Position numbers and translations under genes: made by a program
The notes under the pieces: generated by a model
The model's database searches: none
Told to the model about the DNA's origin: nothing
Seen by the model: only the letters and a program-made list of their open reading frames with translations
Source: Zancudomyces culisetae HAW-14-8
Taxonomy: Eukaryota; Fungi; Kickxellomycota
NCBI GenBank assembly: GCA_052426225.1
Contig: JBNJNM010000009.1
Coordinates: 496,001-560,000 of the forward strand
Direction: 5' to 3'
DNA length: 64,000 nt
Shown here: piece after piece, positions 1 through 11,600 of the stretch
How the letters are laid out: the number at the start of each line of letters is the position of its first letter
How positions within the stretch are numbered: the stretch's first letter is position 1

Positions 1-43
1 GAAAATTCTGATCAATATTTTGAGACATTATTGAAACTCACAG
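1..43. mobile_element. Right terminal inverted repeat (TIR) of a Tc1-like transposon; the rest lies outside the window
   Basis: gaaaatt...tattttgagacattattgaaactcacag+TA closely matches the right TIR of the Tc1 at 18861-18903+TA. Confidence 0.75.
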
Positions 44-332
44 TACTTAATAATTGATAATAGCACCTTACTGTTATAGTTTACTTGTAGTTTTATTAGT
101 ATTATATCAATATAAAAGGTATTTAATACATTCTACATACGGCAAACAGAACTATTGAAGTGATCCGAGACCTGAGTTTAACTGACATAATCAGTGCTAT
201 ACCAAACTAGCCATTACATTAGCTAAAAAATATATAAGATAATTAATACATCTACGATTATTACAATATCATGATACTAATTCTGATATTAAAAAAATAT
301 TATATTTATGAAAGATTATTTCATAAAAGAAA

Positions 333-403
333 TGCCGTTGCCTGGAATCGAACCAAGGTCGACGCGACCACAACGCGATGTACTGCCACTATACTACAAC
401 GGC
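333..403 (-). tRNA. tRNA-His(GUG)
   Basis: Reverse complement gccgttg-tagtatagtggc...cgcgttGTGgtcgcg...ggttcgattcc-aggcaacggc-a folds as a cloverleaf with A and B boxes. Confidence 0.96.
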
Positions 404-411
404 TTGTTGTG

Positions 412-634
412 TGTTGTATAATTACATGTTTAAGGTCCTACTGAGTAATATAATTACACAGTATTATACAGGACGGGACTTTTATTATTATATATTAGGT
501 CTATAATTATTTTGGGAGAAAAAGACAATTTATTAATTAATTCAAAACTAGACTATTTAATGCATAAAATAATACTAATTAAATTAACCAATAAAATACA
601 AGGAAATACAGGTATATAATTCCACTATAAAACA
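412..634. mobile_element. Solo-LTR-like module, family A (223 bp), 8 bp from tRNA-His
   Basis: tgttgtata...ataaaaca with TSD tgtg (408-411/635-638); related copies near 34657, 37819, 38502, 49487, 50016 and 59162. Confidence 0.85.
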
Positions 635-1653
635 TGTGTCGTATTAGTTTTTATAGTATAGGTATGGACATTTTTTCCCACTGGGTTTTTCCTCATACAT
701 TTGATTATTTTTATTAGTATTATTACCGTCTATTATTATCATCGCAATTTTATGTTTCAGAATAAATCAATGTAATTTATCTTAATGATAAATTACAATG
801 TACCTCGTTAGTGAAAAACGGGGAAAAGATATGAGATGTTAATCAGGAATAGTTAAAACAAGATAAAACAAGGGGAAGAAGATAAGAAACACAATATTTA
901 GTGAAACTTGTCAGTAAAACTCCAAAACCTGATACAAACGAGAATGTGAATCAAGGAGAAATAAAACTATATAAACCCTAGATTTTTGACAAAAGTGAAA
1001 GACATCATGATAACAACAACATTAATTTTATTAACAACTTTATTAATCTTTAAATCTATCTTTAATATAAATAACTTATAAATAAAAATATAAAATAAAT
1101 ATAAACATAAAAATATTTACAACAGTTGTGATAAAGAATTTGTATATTTATATAGAAAATCCGTTTATTTGATAGTTATGTTGGTTTTAGGGATATAAGT
1201 GGCGTAGAATCTACTTGTCGCTTCGATTAATGGGCTCACTTAATCTGTTATAATGATCTTAAAAATATCTACTAATGGCTAAATATTGCAAACTCTTAGT
1301 ATATGTGTTTATTTTCTGAAAAGATAAGATAAGAACCAAAACTTACTATCGAAATTTCTCACTAAAAAAACCTAACAAAAATTGCCAAGGAAAAAAGAGT
1401 CCAATTTCTAAAATAATTTTGATTACGTATTTCTATTGAATATCTTCAATTTCCATACACTAATTTTATAAAGTATAAAATATTATACGACAGTTGATGT
1501 GTTAGCGATTTAGGTTGTTAAGCGCTATAAAGAATAATTTTACTATGTTAACTAATATATACTAAGTACTATTTTTAATCAAGTTTTCGCTATATATGTT
1601 AAAGACTTTAGTAAATAGACCAAACTATGTTTATGTGATTTATTTGATAACGC

Positions 1654-4600
1654 AGTTGTTTGTGGCTCTGTTTAAGGGTTTTAGTTTTAATATCTTTTAT
1701 TTAATAAATTAATGTTATCTTAGTTCTCTTCCCTAAAAGTGAGTGTGTAAAAAAATATCTCCTAAAATATGTCCAAAAAAGAAAAATAAAAAAGATAAGT
1801 AAAGACTTCATAAAAACTCCGAGTTACCCCGTACAAAAACTTCCATCAATACTTAATCATAATGTTACTAATACTAAATAATAATAATAATTTAGATGAA
1901 ACAGGGGCAAAATTGGCTTAGTGAAATAATATCCACTCTCCCCTCCCGAAAGGCGACTTAAAACAAAGTTTTAAGTTCTCATTTCATATTTTGAAATGCG
2001 CGAAGCGTGATATACACCTCCCTTTCCTACCTCGTTTTCTACAGAATATAAATGATGTGGTAAGACGGATTTGACTTTCCACGGACCTGTATATCGAGGT
2101 AACAGTTTATTATGCGGTTGATTTTTTCTAATCTTTCCGGACAATATAAGTACTAGGTCACCGACAGAATATTTATATTCGTTTTTTGAAAGCACAGCAG
2201 TATTAACCTCTTCCAATCTTTCTACCCTAACTCCGCTCAGCTCTACTTCTCGTAAGTTGACGGATGGAGTAGATAACTTTTTTCCTGTTAAAGATGGGGA
2301 CACACCATAGAGCAACTCGTATGGTGTTCTTCCCGTCGTCCTGTTCCGTGAACTACGAATTCCTAGTAGTATTTCAGGTAAATGGTCGTCCCAGGTATCG
2401 TAATTTCCTTCGCAGCTCTTCGCCAAGCTATATCTGATCCTACTATTCATTCGTTCAACGAGTCCCATCCATTCGGGTTGATACGGTACGTTAAATTCCA
2501 ATTTCACGCTATATTTACTGCACATATCCCTAACCTTTTCGTTTTGAAAACTAGTAGCATTGTCTACTCTACATGCTGCGGGTATACCGAAAATCGCAAC
2601 GAGATTCTTGAGGTGGCGGACTGTCGATATTCCAGTTATGTCGGGTGATGGGAAAGCTACCGGGAAGTGACTAAGTCTCTCAACACCCACAAGTATATAC
2701 CGGTTCCCACTCAAGGAGATTGGGAAAGGCCCAAGATAATCTAGGACCCACTCATCGAAGATCCCCGAAACAGGCATCTTACCTTGAAAATTGTATTTTG
2801 GTTTTCTTATGTTATAAACTTGACAATTGTGGCACGACGAAACGTACGCTTTCACCAGCTTGAACATCTCAGGAAACCAATATTTCGCTCGAACCCAATG
2901 CCATATGGGCATAAACGACAAATGTCCTAGCCCGTCATGTAGCGTCTGTATAATATTTAGAGCTTCTACTTTACTCTTTACTACCTCTCTATAACGCTTA
3001 TTAGTCCTTCTATAAAGGGTTTCTTGTATGACAATATAATTTTTTAATGTGTTTAAAATATATTCACTTGTATAACTTATCTCAAATGAGTTTAACATTT
3101 CTATAACGCTGGATTTTAATGAATCTCTGTTTTCGACGTTAACGTTTTCAGTGGCTATTAGCATTGGTCTACTTAAAAAATCAGCTACAACGTTGTCTTT
3201 CCCTTTTCGATGGTGTATATCGAAAGTGTACTCAGATAACCAATTTAACCATCTTGCAACACGAGAGGAAGGTTCTCGCCTTGTCAAAACGTATTTTGCA
3301 GCTGAATTGTCGGTATAAACTGTGAATGGCTTCGGCATCAAGAAATGTCGAAAATGTTTTATACTCAAAATAATAGCATAAACTTCTCTCTCGTATGCTG
3401 AATATCTACTTTCGGCACCATTTAGTCGTCTAGAATAATATGCAACTGGTCGTAACGTCCCGTCAAATTCCTGCTCAAGTACGGCACCCACTGCTATCGA
3501 AGAGGCGTCCGTTGACAGTAAGAATTTCTTATCTTGGTCTGGTTGGGCTAGTACCGCATCTGACGACAGTATCATTTTTACCTTCTCCACGGCAGCCGTA
3601 CATTCTACCGTCCAATTGAATCTTCTTCCTTGTTTTATAAGGTCCTGCACCGGCTTGATTATGGTTGCATAGCTATCTATGAATTTTCGAAAATAATTAA
3701 ATAGTCCTAAAATAGATTGTACCTGTTTGATTTTTTTCGGTTTGGTTTTAATTTCTAACTTATCTATTTTATTTAAAATCGGTTTAATCCCTTCTGGAGT
3801 TATTTGGTGTCCCAGATACTTGAAATTATCTGTTCCGAATCTGCATTTTTTCATGTTTAGCGAAACATTGTTACTTCTTAGCGCTTTGAAAACTTCTCGG
3901 AGATGAATAATATGCTCGTTTAGATTCCTTGAAAAAACTGCAATATCGTCCAAATACACCACAACGAAGCGAAACAAAAATGGAGCTAAAATCCTTTCCA
4001 TGATTCTGCTGAAATGAGCCGGCGCATTGGATAATCCGAACGGCAAAACGCAGAATTCGAAAAGCCCCCATGGACATATAAACGCGGTTATAGGTGCAGC
4101 CTTTCTTGAGAGTTCACACTGCCAGTAACCCGAGTTAAGGTCCAGAGTTGAAAATATTCTACCTTTTGAGAGGGATGTCAAACATTCGTCGATCCGAGCA
4201 ATCGGGAATCGGTCCTTTATCGTGATCTCGTTGACTTTTCTGTAATCGACGCAAAACCTCGCTGTCCCATCGGCCTTTTTCGCTAGTACAATTGCTGATG
4301 CCCAATCTGAAAACGATTCCCTGATTATGCCTTTTTCCTTCATTTCTTTGATTTGTCGACCTATTTCCGTTCGCTCGTTTTCTGAATATCGTCGTAACCT
4401 CGTGGCTATTGCACCTTTTCCTTCTTCTATACATATGTTGAACTCGGAATTTGTTATTGTAGTTATTCCAACTTTATTTTCAAAAATATCGCTAAATAAT
4501 TTTAACATTTCTGTTATCTCTGGACACATGTCTGACTGACTTTGCATTTCGGTTTCTAAGTTTTGTTCTACAGCTTCTGGAAAACCTGACTCTGTCAAAT

Positions 4601-6706
4601 CTGCACTCGTTAAGGAGTAAAACATAGGTTTGCTTATTATGTTGCCTTCGGAATCCGAGGAAGATTCTTGTGTAGTTTCCTCATCTGTCTCGTCACCAGA
4701 GTATTCTTCGTCGGATACTCCTATGCCGTTTAAATCGTCCTGACTAACTAACTGGAAACGGTATTTACTGCCTCCGGTCACTATGTCAATGGTGTTGTCC
4801 CTGTAATTTAAGGTTGCACCCAGCTCCTTGCAGGTGTTTAAGCCAAAGATAGCTGGCACCGCACATGTTGGTGTGACTAAAAATCTCACTCCTATTTCTA
4901 CGTCATCATCCAAACTTATTACTGCATCTGTGGCCTCTGAGACTTCTAAATGGGTTCCTCCTACTTGTGTTAGTGAGATAGGGTTTTCCAATCTTGTTTT
5001 CTTTAGTCCCAACTCTCTTACCAGCGATGCTTGCATGAGTGAATAGGAAGCCCCAGAATCCACAAATAAAGGTACAGTCCTATTTGCTATCCTAGTCCAG
5101 ATGTAACAGGGGTCTGTGTTTCCTTTTTCGGTGAGTGCTGTTTCTATTAACATGGCCTTCTTCTTTGATCCCTTCCGAATGTATTCCCGGAAAGAATTAT
5201 AGACAGGCCTTCTTTCTTTCGGATGTGAGTCGAAATACTCACCCCATGATACAGGAACTGGTGTACCTAACAATTTGTTAAATAAAATGCACTCTTTTGC
5301 CGGCTTTTTCTTTACCTTCTTCTTGGTCTTATTCTTTACCTTTAACTTCAATGAACGCACTGGTTTGATAGTTCTGTCTATTGGATTTTCTGATGGTTGA
5401 GACTGTGGTGACTTGTGTGGATAATCCTCGGAATTAAGGTAGTGGGGTTCCAATGTATGGGCGGTGGCGGCAGCGGATATTGCTAGCATGGAGTTTTCCT
5501 TATGAACGGGTAGTCGATTGTCCGTGTATTTTTTGGCCTCCTCTGAGTTATTTTTTACCGATGCTGGGTGAGTACTGGGTTGACTTCTGCAAAATCTCGC
5601 CTTGTGTCCAATTCTGCCACAATTGAAACAAGTGACTTTGGGTCTTTCCTTCTTACTTTGAATTAGTAAGGTTTTCACCGTCTCAGTTAAATCCTCTAAT
5701 TTTTGTTGTAACAAGTCAGTTTCAGGATCTTTCTGACTTATTTCCAAAGCGGTTTTCCTAGTACTCGGTGTTTCTTCGGCTCCTTGATCTTTCCAGATCT
5801 GTCTCACCTTACTCAGGTTGATTACTTTGTCCACTAGGTCCTTTAGCTTTATACTATCCAGATCTTCAGCTATTTTCCACAGAATGGCCTCATCCCACAC
5901 AGCTAAACAGTTTATGAATATTTTTCTCACCAACATTTCTGTCTTCATTTCTTCGGGGATGGTATCTGAATATCTCATAAACCTTCGAGTGAACTCACCA
6001 ATATTTTCTGTGGTCTCCTTCCTCATCTTTGCAAGTCCTTCTATGCTGCCAGCTGTTGTTTTTTGCCAGCTCTTGACTTCTTTAATAAGAAGCTTTAACC
6101 ATTCCGCTAGTTTCCTTTTGCTTACCTCTTCTTCTTCCATTTCATGGAACATCCAGTCATTAGCTCTTCCTTGTAACCATATCCCTAAAAGCTGAATGGC
6201 TTTCTTCTCATCTACTCCCATAATATCTATACCCATCGAAAACCTTCTTGTCCATTGTTCGATGCCGGTACTTTCCTCACCTTCCCATTTTGGTGGTAAC
6301 AATGTGGGATCGATCTTTTCTGCCATTTTAACTTCTTTTATTGGGGTTTTAGAACAGGAAATCTTTTGACTATATGTCTGTTTGGAACTATCCACTTTCC
6401 CCTTGGTGCTGATAACGCCAAAGTTGTTTGGGGCTCTGTTTAAGGGTTTTAGTTTTAATATCTTTTATTTAATAAATATAATGTTATCTTAGTTCTCTTC
6501 CCTAAAAGTGAGTGTGTAAAAAAATATCTCTTAAAATATGTCCAAAAAAGAAAAATAAAAAAGATAAGTAAAGACTTCATAAAAACTCCGAGTTACCCCG
6601 TACAAAAACTTCCATCAATACTTAATCATAATGTTACTAATACTAAATAATAATAATAATTTAGATGAAACAGGGGCAAAATTGGCTTAGTGAAATAATA
6701 TCCACT
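1654..6706 (-). mobile_element. Intact Ty3/gypsy LTR retrotransposon with AGT...ACT LTR termini
   Basis: LTRs 1654-1937 and 6422-6706 are nearly identical; 5-bp TSD aacgc (1649-1653/6707-6711); PBS tggcgttatcagca after the 5' LTR; polypurine tract (PPT) gggaggggag; an uninterrupted copy of the host module lies near 37210-37240. Confidence 0.95.
1971..6395 (-). CDS. Gag-Pol polyprotein, single ORF (likely ATG at MAEKID)
   Basis: Zn knuckle CFNCGRIGHKARFC, protease FVDSGA, reverse transcriptase (RT) LPFG/YLDD, RNase H TDAS, integrase HHCC + DDE + GPW; Ty3/gypsy domain order. Confidence 0.95.
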   Translation of the reverse strand: MDSSKQTYSQKISCSKTPIKEVKMAEKIDPTLLPPKWEGEESTGIEQWTRRFSMGIDIMGVDEKKAIQLLGIWLQGRANDWMFHEMEEEEVSKRKLAEWLKLLIKEVKSWQKTTAGSIEGLAKMRKETTENIGEFTRRFMRYSDTIPEEMKTEMLVRKIFINCLAVWDEAILWKIAEDLDSIKLKDLVDKVINLSKVRQIWKDQGAEETPSTRKTALEISQKDPETDLLQQKLEDLTETVKTLLIQSKKERPKVTCFNCGRIGHKARFCRSQPSTHPASVKNNSEEAKKYTDNRLPVHKENSMLAISAAATAHTLEPHYLNSEDYPHKSPQSQPSENPIDRTIKPVRSLKLKVKNKTKKKVKKKPAKECILFNKLLGTPVPVSWGEYFDSHPKERRPVYNSFREYIRKGSKKKAMLIETALTEKGNTDPCYIWTRIANRTVPLFVDSGASYSLMQASLVRELGLKKTRLENPISLTQVGGTHLEVSEATDAVISLDDDVEIGVRFLVTPTCAVPAIFGLNTCKELGATLNYRDNTIDIVTGGSKYRFQLVSQDDLNGIGVSDEEYSGDETDEETTQESSSDSEGNIISKPMFYSLTSADLTESGFPEAVEQNLETEMQSQSDMCPEITEMLKLFSDIFENKVGITTITNSEFNICIEEGKGAIATRLRRYSENERTEIGRQIKEMKEKGIIRESFSDWASAIVLAKKADGTARFCVDYRKVNEITIKDRFPIARIDECLTSLSKGRIFSTLDLNSGYWQCELSRKAAPITAFICPWGLFEFCVLPFGLSNAPAHFSRIMERILAPFLFRFVVVYLDDIAVFSRNLNEHIIHLREVFKALRSNNVSLNMKKCRFGTDNFKYLGHQITPEGIKPILNKIDKLEIKTKPKKIKQVQSILGLFNYFRKFIDSYATIIKPVQDLIKQGRRFNWTVECTAAVEKVKMILSSDAVLAQPDQDKKFLLSTDASSIAVGAVLEQEFDGTLRPVAYYSRRLNGAESRYSAYEREVYAIILSIKHFRHFLMPKPFTVYTDNSAAKYVLTRREPSSRVARWLNWLSEYTFDIHHRKGKDNVVADFLSRPMLIATENVNVENRDSLKSSVIEMLNSFEISYTSEYILNTLKNYIVIQETLYRRTNKRYREVVKSKVEALNIIQTLHDGLGHLSFMPIWHWVRAKYWFPEMFKLVKAYVSSCHNCQVYNIRKPKYNFQGKMPVSGIFDEWVLDYLGPFPISLSGNRYILVGVERLSHFPVAFPSPDITGISTVRHLKNLVAIFGIPAACRVDNATSFQNEKVRDMCSKYSVKLEFNVPYQPEWMGLVERMNSRIRYSLAKSCEGNYDTWDDHLPEILLGIRSSRNRTTGRTPYELLYGVSPSLTGKKLSTPSVNLREVELSGVRVERLEEVNTAVLSKNEYKYSVGDLVLILSGKIRKNQPHNKLLPRYTGPWKVKSVLPHHLYSVENEVGKGGVYHASRISKYEMRT

Positions 6707-7352
6707 AACGCTACTACAAGAAAAATATGTAGTATTTATAATAATATAATATACTATAATAAACTTAACTATATACCTAAACTACTAATAAACCTATAAC
6801 TATTTTTTTTATATTTGTTCATGCCTAGAAAAAATCCGAAGATGAAAAAAACTATGCATGAACCTAGAATTTATGAATAAACTAATAATATACTATAACA
6901 GATCAAATATTATGATCTACAAAAAGTAATATAAAATTAATATAATAAAACCAATATTATTAGAAGGTAGATTATATAGTGACTAGAGGTGATGTGCGTC
7001 GCTATATAACAGATGTTGTAGAATCTATAAAACACTAATGTTTGTTTAATATTTATCTTTTTTATAAATATGGTTTGTGTATTTTCTTATTTGTTTAATA
7101 CTATTATAACTTATTATTATATTATGTGATTAAAAGATTATTTATATATTTTTTGTTGAGGGCATTCTCCTATACCCTGAATTATCTTCGATAATAAAAC
7201 TAAATGTTATTCTACTTAATGACTAAAAATATTGATTGACAAAAACCACAAGGGGAAAAAGGTACAATCTCAGCTAACTATACGAATATTAATAAAACTC
7301 AATAATTTAAAAGAAAAATATCTATCGTCGTATTCTCATACGACATTGAGTG

Positions 7353-8123
7353 TGTCGAATGCGTAAAACTATTAAACTACTATTAATGCATGGATATACA
7401 TTTCCATATTTTAATAGTTTGAATTAAAACTGGACATAATTTAAAAAATTAAGAAAATGAAAATTAATGGACTCAGCATGAAATTAATTCTTCATACTGC
7501 GTCCATTCAATATTGATGAATGTAGTATGAGAAATGTTCACATACATCTTCATCTACATCAATATTATCAAACCTAAATATTATTTTATTAGTTATACCT
7601 TATCATGTTTATAGTCTATTTAGAGAACAAAATGATTTTATAGTTTATATTTAAAGGATACATGGTGGAAAAGAAACCATCATCCATGTCCTACCATACG
7701 GATTAATATTAAAGATTATCTAAATAAAGATTTTTAAACAGCAGCAAAAATAAAAGAAAAAAAAAATAATGATCAACTATCTTATTGGTACAGGTGCGAA
7801 TGAATCTAGGAGAGATTCTTCCATCTCATCAAACAGCACCAGGGGCAGTAGCATGAACCAAGAGACAGGGGTGTTAAGCCCCCGAACACTTGGGGAGTTG
7901 ACGGAAAGTGTTCGTCAACTTCGAATCCGTAGAAGCCCGGAGTCAATGTCCGTGAGTACTATCTCACCGACATTGTATAGGGATAATAGCTCAACTGAGC
8001 CTCCCTTGATGCACATCACGCTACGGGGTAGCAGTGCATCAATATCCAGTGATGATACCCGAACCGGTATGTCACGTGCAGAGACTAGTATTCAGAACTC
8101 TCAGGGTTTTGAATACTACGACA
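7353..8123 (+). mobile_element. 771-bp TG...CA module K (probable long solo LTR) with hairpins and an ORF
   Basis: tgtcgaat...tactacgaca; reconstructed TSD agtg; hairpins near 7467-7508, 7516-7554 and 7656-7692. Confidence 0.7.
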
Positions 8124-8158
8124 AGTGTCATGAATTTAAATTTGTGGAAATTATATAA
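7769..8158 (+). CDS. Ser/Thr/Arg-rich ORF inside module K, possibly the start of a gag
   Basis: 129-codon ORF, GC-richer than its flanks, with no stop before the module end; no recognisable domain. Confidence 0.3.
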   Translation: MINYLIGTGANESRRDSSISSNSTRGSSMNQETGVLSPRTLGELTESVRQLRIRRSPESMSVSTISPTLYRDNSSTEPPLMHITLRGSSASISSDDTRTGMSRAETSIQNSQGFEYYDKCHEFKFVEII

Positions 8159-8215
8159 GAGTTAAAATAACTAATTTCCAAAATTGGTAATATTAAATTC
8201 ACGTAACATTGAAGA

Positions 8216-8300
8216 AATCTGAGAAAGTTACATCTGGTAATCTGAGAATGTTACATCTGGAATCTGAGAATGTTACATCAGATAATCTGAGAATGTTACA
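8216..8300 (+). repeat. ~21-bp tandem repeat (atctgagaatgttacatctgg) in the LTR; also at ~13130-13215
   Basis: Four imperfect units are visible. Confidence 0.85.
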
Positions 8301-8611
8301 ACCACGACATGATAATTTGATATCCTGAAAAAAAATTTATAATCAACTACACGGGAATACATCAAAATTTAATGTAGTATGATTTAATTACTGTTAGATA
8401 AGTATAAATTTAGTGTTTAGTAAATATGTTGTAAAAAAAAAAGTATATTAATGTAACAAAATACTAAATAAATTCATTATGGAGTTTCGACTTTAAAAAA
8501 TAATATATAATTATACGACAGTAATTATAATAAATTATAATATATGGTGATCCAGCTAGGACACAAATAGCAAGGAAATTGAGTAGCAAACAGCAAATTT
8601 AAGCAAAAATC

Positions 8612-11600
8612 ATGATTGGAAATTCAGCAAGAGTACCAAGACTCGCAGAACCGCCAGTATTCAATGGATCCTCAGATCAGAATGCAAACATCTGGATTAA
8701 AGGTTTGAACTGTTTGCCCGTAGTGAGAGTTGGACTGATGAACAAAAGTTGGAGTATATTGACGTCTACTATGACCCGAGAGTTATACTTTGGAATGAGT
8801 CCGTGCAAAGTGAAAAAACTACCTGGAAAACGTATAAGAAAGCGTTTTTGAAGAAGTACACAAGCAAGGAATCCGTATTAAACTCATGGCGTGCACTACA
8901 AAGAATCAGACAGTTACCTTCGGAGAATATAGAAGACTTTATAAGTAGACTTGAGAGCCTATTTGTATCTGCCAAAGTCACGGACAAAGCTATCCAGTAT
9001 CAATGCCTTATGACTGCCCTGTTACCAAGTTACCAAACTGAGATCCTGAAAAGTCGAATCAACAGCTATTACGAGGCCATTCAAAAGGCAAAAGACACAG
9101 AGGAGTTAGAAAGGTTTATACAGGACAACGTATACACCTACAACCAAAAAAGGGATAAAAGGGTTTCAGAAGGAAGACAAGAGCCAAGAATTCAGACTCA
9201 TCCAGGCAAAGAGTTGGCATCCCACCGCACTAAGCCTAGACCTAAAGCTGATACTAACCCTCCACAGGCAAAGCCCACCAACCATAGTAGTAATGAAGCT
9301 AACATGACCTTCAAGTACACTACACCTACCTGCTACACCTGCAATGAGGTCGGACATATAAGTCCGCAATGTCCACTTAAAGCTAGGCCTACCATCCAAC
9401 CCAGCTTCAACAATAAAGGAAAAGAGCTAAGTGTAGTAGAGTTATTTCAAGATCATCAAAATGACTTAGTAGATGATATTGAGCTCCGCTGGAAAGAGCT
9501 CAGTATTATCGAGAAGCGTAAACTAATTACAGAAAATGATAAAAAAACAAAAAAAAAACAATAAGTTGGAAAAACATGAAGCAGTAAACGAGGAATATGA
9601 AATAGCTAATTCTCTCGCACCGCAGTTTAAAACAGACCAGGAAACACCTGAAGGACAAAGTAAACCAATGGAAAGAATGATTGCCAAGGCAAGGGACAAG
9701 CCAACCTATTCAGTTAGACAAGACTTAGGATCTATCAAAGCTAGTATAACCTTGGAGCAGCTGATAAAAGTCTCGCCGATGGTCAGGTCAGAACTTAAGA
9801 AAGTATGCGGAACGGAAAACCTAGAAAAAGTCAAAGCCCTAAGCACCATAACTCAGCCTCCTAGCACCAACTGCAAAGCCACCATATCTCTGTTCAATTG
9901 CGAATGTACAGTGGTAATCGACACAGGTGCAGCCTGTAGTGTGATGACACAAGCACTAGCAGATAAATTTCAGTTGAGTATAGATCACTCGGCGCAAGAA
10001 ATACTCCTCATGGCCGATGCAACCCCACAAATGACACTAGGAAAGGTTTGGAAAGTCCCAGTACTCATCAAAAACATAAGTTTCCCAGCAGATGTATTGA
10101 TCATGGCAGGAAATAACAATGATACCTTTGTGCTAGGCGTAGATTGGATAAAGAAACACAACGTCATCATCGATTTAAACAATGACAAGGCGTCCATACC
10201 TTACAAAAACAGCAATATTTCATGGGATATATCTACTCAGGTCAAATGCAGCGATGAACTGGTAGGATGGGCAAAGGAAGTTTCGTTAATTGAAGGCACA
10301 GCACAAACCAATACAGAGAACATCCAGTTAATTTCAGACTACAAAATGATATTCACATCGTCATTGGAGGAACTCACCAGTACAGATCTAGTTCAGCATG
10401 AAATAGACACAGGAGATAGCAACCCATCAGACTACGACCTTACAGGGTCCCACAAGCTATGAAAGAGAAAGTCAGAGAAGAACTCTCAAAAATGTTGGAA
10501 AATGGTGTTATTAAAAAGTGCCAATCAGACTGGTGCGCTCCTGTGGTAACCATCTGGAAGAAAAACGGTAAGCTCAGGGTGTGCTCTGATTACCGTAAGC
10601 TAAATGCCGTTACTAAAAGGGACACGTACCCACTCCCGAACATATCAGATGTTTTCAATGCACTTGCAGGAGCTCAGTATTACACAACGCTAGACGCCCT
10701 TAGTGGGTTCTGGCAAGTGAAAATCAGGGAACAAGACAAAGAAAAAACCGCTTTTTCCTTCCCTGGAGAAGGGTTGTTTTGTTATAAAGTAATGCCGTTC
10801 GGACTGAGTAATAGTCCAGCCACGTTACAGCGTTTAATGGAGACCGTATTGCATCCACTTCTTTGGAAATCAGTAGTCGTCTTTATTGATGACATAGTTG
10901 TTTATTCACCTTCTTTTGACCAACATTTAATTATTTATAACTAGTATTTGAACTAATACTGAGCGCAAAAATAAAATTAAACGAGGAGAAATGCGTATTC
11001 GCTCAGCAACGCATCTCCTACTTAGGGCACGTAGTTTCAAAGGAAGGAATTGAAACTGACCACAACAAGACCTTAGCTATGGCAAAAGTTCCGTACCCTA
11101 AAAACGTAAAAGATGTTCAAAGTTTCTTGGGCATGACCGGGTATTACCGGAAGTTAATTAAAGATTATGCAAAGATAAGTAAACCATTGACAAAGTTACT
11201 AAGAAAAGATTGTCAGTGGAACTGGGACAGCGGATGTTCGATAGCTGTAGACACTCTTAAAGAGATCCTCATCAATCCACCAGTTTTGAAACACCCAGAT
11301 TGGGGTATGACCTTTACGATCACTACTGATGCGTCCAAATTAGGTTTAGGCGCAATTTTGAGCCAAAACTACAACGGAAAAGATTGTCCTATAGCATATG
11401 CAAGCCGTACATTATCAAAGGCTGAAGAAAATTATGCTATAACTCACCTAGAAGGACTAGGTGTAGTTTGGGGAGTTACTCACTTCAGACATTACTTACT
11501 TGGGAGACATTTTAAAATTATCACTGACCATTCTGCACTCATTAATATCTTTAAGTCCAAAGAGCCTACCGGTCGTCTAGCTAGATGGGAATTGATATAA

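Noticed and set aside
140-290. Possible C/D snoRNA (tgaagtga...ctga motifs)
   Set aside because: No clean box C, terminal stem or recognisable rRNA guide.
637-1492. A single MITE or Ginger-like element with TIRs
   Set aside because: The two halves occur separately elsewhere and each has its own gttg TSD.
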